A DNA stretch of 11,591 nt from a bacterium (GTDB lineage: Bacteria > UBA6262 > WVXT01). The notes under the pieces were generated by a model that was not told where the DNA came from, searched no databases, and saw only the letters and a list, made by a program, of their open reading frames with translations. Of the stretch, positions 7,405-11,591 are shown one piece after another. Positions within the stretch are counted from its first letter, which is position 1. Every line of letters begins with the position of its first letter. The translations under genes were made by a program, and so were the position numbers. Location: NCBI GenBank assembly GCA_046759165.1, contig JBHIBS010000047.1:1-11591 (forward strand), read 5' to 3'.

Positions 7405-10400
7405 TTATTTCTGGAGTTCCACACTCAGACCCAAGGCCTGAAGCTCCTTTACCAATACCTTAAACGATTCGGGCACTCCTGATTCCTCTATCGATTCTCC
7501 TTTCACAATCGCCTCATACATTTTGGTGCGGCCAGTGACATCATCACTTTTCATGGTCAAAAATTCCTTTAAAGTATAAGCTGCGCCGTATCCCTCTATT
7601 GCCCAGACTTCCATCTCCCCAAACCTCTGGCCACCAAACTGTGCTTTCCCGCCCAAGGGCTGTCGGGTAATAAGTGAGTAAGGACCAATAGAACGAGCAT
7701 GAATTTTATCTTCTACCAAATGTGCCAGTTTCATGATATACATATATCCCACCGTAACTTTCTCCTCCATAGGCTCGCCGGTCAGGCCGTCATAGAGGGT
7801 AATTTTACCATCCTCAGGAAGTGCTGCTTGCTTCAACCTACCTCTTATATCTCTTTCCCTCGCTCCATCGAAGATGGGTGAAATCATCTGCATGCCCAAC
7901 TCATGGGCGGCCCAGCCCAGTTCTGCCTCCAAGATCTGTCCCACATTCATACGGGAAGGAATGCTCAATGGGTTCAAGACTATATCCACTGGACTCCCAT
8001 CGGGCAAATACGGCATATCCTCAATAGGTAGAATGCGTGCCACGACGCCTTTATTTCCATGCCGGCCCGCCAACTTATCACCTGCGGAGATCTTCCTCTT
8101 ACTTGCTATGAAAACCTTCACAAGTCTGTTAACTGTAACCGGTAGGTCGTCCCCTTGATGGAGACTCTCCTGTGCTCTCTTCTTATCCTTCTTAAGCTCT
8201 TCTATTTGGAATTCAACTAATTTATCGATTTTCTCTCTTTCTTCCTTAGTTAACTTCTTCACACCGCGAAGTGCCTTCCTCCTCTTTTGCCTCAGATCGG
8301 AAATCAGTTTACTATATTTCTGGTCCACGTCCCTCGAAATCTTTGCCTCTCGATCCTTCGAAATTTTCCCCTTACGTGTAAAAACCTGGACATCTAAGAC
8401 CTTGCCCTCTACCCCAGGAGGGACCCTCAAGGAAGCATCTTGAACTTCCTCAGCTTTCTTTCCAAAAATCACCCTTAGTAACCTCTCTTCCGGAGTAGCC
8501 CTGGTCTCGCCCTTTGGAGTAACCTTCCCCACAAGGATATCTCCAGGATAGACATAGGCTCCAATATGAACTATACCGTTGTCATCTAGATTCTTCAAGG
8601 CCTCTTCTCCCACATTAGGAATATCTCGCGTTATCTCTTCTGAACCTATTGTTAAATCACGGGCATCGACTTCAAATTCTTGAATATGAACTGAGGTGAA
8701 AATATCATCACTGACCAGCCTTTCACTAATTAAGATTGCATCTTCAAAATTGTATCCACCCCAGGACATAAAAGCCACCAGAACATTCTTGCCCAAAGCA
8801 AGCCCTCCATGACAGGTAGCCGGGCCGTCAGCAATTACTTGACCTTTCCTGACATGGTCACCTACCTTAACAGTCGGAATCTGATTTACACATGTATCCT
8901 GGTTACTCCGCTTATACTTTTTCAAATGGTAAATATCTATAGGCCTCTCTTCACTTTTGCCATCTTTGCCACACCAAACTATAATCTCATCCGCGCTCAA
9001 GCTCTCCACCCGACCAGCCCGCCGAGCCGTCACCACCACTCCAGAATCCCGGGCTACAGCTTCCTCAATGCCCGTAGCGACCAGCGGTTCCTCACAAGTA
9101 AGAAGAGGAACCGCCTGCCTTTGCATATTGGAACCCATCAAGGCGCGATTAGCATCGTCGTGTTCTAAAAAGGGAATTAATCCGGCCGAGGCACCCATAA
9201 GCTGTTTCGGTGAGATGTCCATAAAATCTATCTCTTTTGGGGATACCAGAGAAAAATCTCCCCGACAGCGCGTGGCTACAAGGTCTTTCTTAAATCCGCC
9301 TTCCTCATTTACGGGAGCATTTGCCTGAGCAATTACATACTCATCCTCTCGGTCAGCAGTGAGATACTCAATCTGGTCGGTCACTTTTCCCCTGACTACT
9401 TTACGGTAGGGTGTCTCAATAAGTCCATACTTATTGATCCGGGCGTAAAGTGATAGACTAGTAATCAAACCTATGTTTGGACCTTCAGGGGTCTCAATGG
9501 GACAAATCCGACCATAATGGGAATGGTGAACATCGCGCACTTCAAAACCGGCCCTTTTGCGATTCAGCCCCCCAGGTCCCAAGGCAGAGAGCCTCCTCTT
9601 ATGAGTAAGTTCAGCCAGAGGGTTTGTCTGATCCATAAATTGAGATAGTTGACTGGTGCCGAAAAATTTCCGAATAACTCCTACCACTGGAGCAGTATTG
9701 ATTATATCCCGGGGAGTTATTGCTTCATTACTTTGCATATTCATTCTCTCCCTAACCAGGCGAGCCATATGCGAAAGTCCAATTCTTATCTGGTTCTCCA
9801 AAAGCTCACCTACCGAACGGACACGACGATTCCCCAGGTGATCAATATCGTCCACTTCTCCACCAGTTCCATTATTTAAATCGACCAAGTACTTAATTGT
9901 GGCCAAAATGTCCTGCAGACAAAGGGTTCGCTCTGTCTCTGCGGGAATTTCCAATTTGTTGCTTTCCTTAGTTCCAAAATAGTAATTGTTGCGACAAATA
10001 GCCTCCTGTAGTCGAGTAGGTAATTCAGACCTCATCTTCTGCAGCACAGGAGACAGTTTCTTGTTTATCTTATAGCGCCCAACTTTACATAAATCGTATT
10101 TTTTGATGGTCCTAAACAACAAAGTATCAAAGAATGCCGTTGCTGACTCTTCCGTAATATACTCCTGTGCGCGTAGCCTGCGAAATATATCCAGTATTGC
10201 TTGAGCCTGCGATTTAATTCTGTCCCTTTTTAACGTTTCATGAATAGTTATATCATTAATAGTTGGATCAAATTTCAAGACCTCAACCTTCCCAATTTCT
10301 GCCTTCATTATTCTCTTTGCTAACTCCGAAGTAATCTGCTCGTTGGCCTCCGCTAATATCTCTCCGGTCTTTTTGTCGATTATATCGGAAGCAACGATCT

Positions 10401-11148
10401 TACCTAACAGAGATAAAATAATTTTTTCTGTATTATGTGAATTACTGGTTTTTAATTGAATAACCTCAGTGTTATAGAACACGTGCAAAATCTGCTGGTT
10501 AGTTTCCAAACCCAATGCCTTCAGGAGCACACTCGCTGGAAATTTTCTCTTTTTATCAATTTTAACAAAAAGTACATTATTGTTGTCGAATTCTAACTCC
10601 ACCCAGGCTCCCCGATATGGTATAATACTGGCCATATAGAGCCTTTTACCATAAGATGAGATTTTTATCTTTTTGGTCCCCGGTTCCTGATCTTCTTCAA
10701 AGATGACTCCAGGCGAGCGGTGCAATTGATTGACCACGACACGCTCGGCACCATTAATAATAAAGGTTCCTGTATCGGTCATACAAGGAAGATTACACAG
10801 GTATACTGATTGCTCTTTAATGATTGGCTTTTGCCGGGTTCTTTTCTTGATAACTAACTTTACTCTTATCTTTAAAGGCATGGAATACGTTGTGTCTTTA
10901 TCTATCGCTTTCCTCTTATCGTACTTAGATCCTTCCAAGATGTACTCCACAAATCCCAAAGATAGAGTTTGGTCAACATTTTCAATAGGGAAGATATCCA
11001 AGAAAGCCGCCTGAAGACCCTGCCTTTTCCTCTTTTCTGGCGGGACGTCCTTCTGCAAAAATTCTCTGAAGGAAGTCTTTTGCACCTCAATGAGATTAGG
11101 AATACTCATAATTGAGGGAATCTGTGCGAAATTTATTTTCCTTGCCAA
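7405..11148 (-). CDS. rpoB: DNA-directed RNA polymerase beta subunit, about 1247 aa
   Basis: [21 protein letters not shown], Rif cluster [54 protein letters not shown]. Start placed at the in-frame TTG at 11148, 8 nt after AGGAGGT; the ORF-track ATG at 11181, overlapping the rplL stop, is an alternative. Confidence 0.99.
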   Translation of the reverse strand: MARKINFAQIPSIMSIPNLIEVQKTSFREFLQKDVPPEKRKRQGLQAAFLDIFPIENVDQTLSLGFVEYILEGSKYDKRKAIDKDTTYSMPLKIRVKLVIKKRTRQKPIIKEQSVYLCNLPCMTDTGTFIINGAERVVVNQLHRSPGVIFEEDQEPGTKKIKISSYGKRLYMASIIPYRGAWVELEFDNNNVLFVKIDKKRKFPASVLLKALGLETNQQILHVFYNTEVIQLKTSNSHNTEKIILSLLGKIVASDIIDKKTGEILAEANEQITSELAKRIMKAEIGKVEVLKFDPTINDITIHETLKRDRIKSQAQAILDIFRRLRAQEYITEESATAFFDTLLFRTIKKYDLCKVGRYKINKKLSPVLQKMRSELPTRLQEAICRNNYYFGTKESNKLEIPAETERTLCLQDILATIKYLVDLNNGTGGEVDDIDHLGNRRVRSVGELLENQIRIGLSHMARLVRERMNMQSNEAITPRDIINTAPVVGVIRKFFGTSQLSQFMDQTNPLAELTHKRRLSALGPGGLNRKRAGFEVRDVHHSHYGRICPIETPEGPNIGLITSLSLYARINKYGLIETPYRKVVRGKVTDQIEYLTADREDEYVIAQANAPVNEEGGFKKDLVATRCRGDFSLVSPKEIDFMDISPKQLMGASAGLIPFLEHDDANRALMGSNMQRQAVPLLTCEEPLVATGIEEAVARDSGVVVTARRAGRVESLSADEIIVWCGKDGKSEERPIDIYHLKKYKRSNQDTCVNQIPTVKVGDHVRKGQVIADGPATCHGGLALGKNVLVAFMSWGGYNFEDAILISERLVSDDIFTSVHIQEFEVDARDLTIGSEEITRDIPNVGEEALKNLDDNGIVHIGAYVYPGDILVGKVTPKGETRATPEERLLRVIFGKKAEEVQDASLRVPPGVEGKVLDVQVFTRKGKISKDREAKISRDVDQKYSKLISDLRQKRRKALRGVKKLTKEEREKIDKLVEFQIEELKKDKKRAQESLHQGDDLPVTVNRLVKVFIASKRKISAGDKLAGRHGNKGVVARILPIEDMPYLPDGSPVDIVLNPLSIPSRMNVGQILEAELGWAAHELGMQMISPIFDGARERDIRGRLKQAALPEDGKITLYDGLTGEPMEEKVTVGYMYIMKLAHLVEDKIHARSIGPYSLITRQPLGGKAQFGGQRFGEMEVWAIEGYGAAYTLKEFLTMKSDDVTGRTKMYEAIVKGESIEESGVPESFKVLVKELQALGLSVELQK

Positions 11149-11156
11149 GTTAACCG

Positions 11157-11163
11157 ACCTCCT
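11157..11163 (-). promoter_or_regulatory. Shine-Dalgarno site of rpoB (AGGAGGT)
   Basis: AGGAGGT lies 8 nt upstream of the in-frame TTG at 11148. Confidence 0.8.
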
Positions 11164-11177
11164 CATTTTATAATTTC

Positions 11178-11564
11178 TCATTTAATTTCTACTTCTGCTC
11201 CAACTTCCCTTAGTTTATTTCCGATTTCTTCTGCCAAATTCTTATCTATCCCTTCCTTCAACGCCTTCGGGATATTATCTACCAAGTCTTTTGCCTCTTT
11301 CAGCCCTAAACCAGTAAGCTCACGCACAACCTTTATTACCTGAATCTTCTTTTCACCAGGTTTTGTCAAAATAACACTGAATTCAGTCTTCTCTTCAGCC
11401 TTAGAAGCTTCCGGTTGAGCTCCGGCTGCTACTCCGGCTGGAGCCAAAGAGGCAGCGCTAACTCCGAACTTCTCTTCCAGAGCCTTTACCAACTCAGACA
11501 ATTCGAGCACGCTCATCTTCTCAATTGTCTGGATAATCTGGTCTTTACTTTTTCCAGTTACCAT
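11178..11564 (-). CDS. rplL: 50S ribosomal protein bL12 (L7/L12)
   Basis: [22 protein letters not shown] dimerisation domain, Ala-rich hinge, [24 protein letters not shown]-terminal domain; lies directly upstream of rpoB. Confidence 0.99.
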   Translation of the reverse strand: MVTGKSKDQIIQTIEKMSVLELSELVKALEEKFGVSAASLAPAGVAAGAQPEASKAEEKTEFSVILTKPGEKKIQVIKVVRELTGLGLKEAKDLVDNIPKALKEGIDKNLAEEIGNKLREVGAEVEIK

Positions 11565-11572
11565 CTTTTATC

Positions 11573-11579
11573 CCTCCTT
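11573..11579 (-). promoter_or_regulatory. Shine-Dalgarno site of rplL (AAGGAGG)
   Basis: AAGGAGG lies 8 nt upstream of the ATG at 11564. Confidence 0.9.
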
Positions 11580-11591
11580 TACAAATTAACC

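Noticed and set aside
9460..9666. Possible rifampicin-resistance alleles in rpoB
   Set aside because: Cluster I and II residues equivalent to E. coli Q513, D516, H526, S531 and I572 are all wild-type.
303..11014. Numerous plus-strand ORFs of 60-166 aa (e.g. 4651-5151, 6496-6930, 8957-9328, 303-671)
   Set aside because: All lie antisense to conserved essential genes, have no recognisable motifs, and are the expected shadow ORFs of long coding sequences.
1945..11090. Short alternative-frame minus-strand ORFs (1945-2133, 3878-4102, 7067-7255, 10902-11090)
   Set aside because: They are nested out of frame in fusA, rpoC or rpoB, are 74 aa or shorter, and have no recognisable domain; there is no sign of a frameshift in the host genes.
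3252..11181. Inteins, introns, a split rpoC or an rpoB-rpoC fusion
   Set aside because: Both ORFs are continuous and of normal length, separated by a TAA stop and a 40-bp spacer with its own SD; the inserts sit at known variable positions and lack intein terminal motifs.

Overview
The window is a core bacterial housekeeping locus, entirely on the minus strand: rplL (L7/L12) - rpoB - rpoC - rpsL - rpsG - fusA, i.e. the beta operon directly joined to the str operon. All six genes look intact, with canonical catalytic motifs. I see no mobile element, CRISPR array, RNA gene or accessory gene, and I cannot support a novel multi-gene system here. The plus-strand ORFs are antisense shadows. The points worth a second look are small-scale: (i) a structured rpsG-fusA spacer with six degenerate 8-bp tandem repeats, a hairpin and an alternative loop pairing, upstream of a fusA that has no clear Shine-Dalgarno; (ii) an inverted repeat after fusA; (iii) UUG starts with strong SD motifs for rpoB, rpoC and rpsG, which also revises the rpoB start given in the ORF track; (iv) an EF-G that has lost several normally conserved glycines in domains IV/V; (v) RNA polymerase residues suggesting intrinsic fidaxomicin insensitivity; (vi) lineage-specific RNAP inserts that suggest a deep-branching lineage, possibly Elusimicrobiota-like (inference from memory, not a search).
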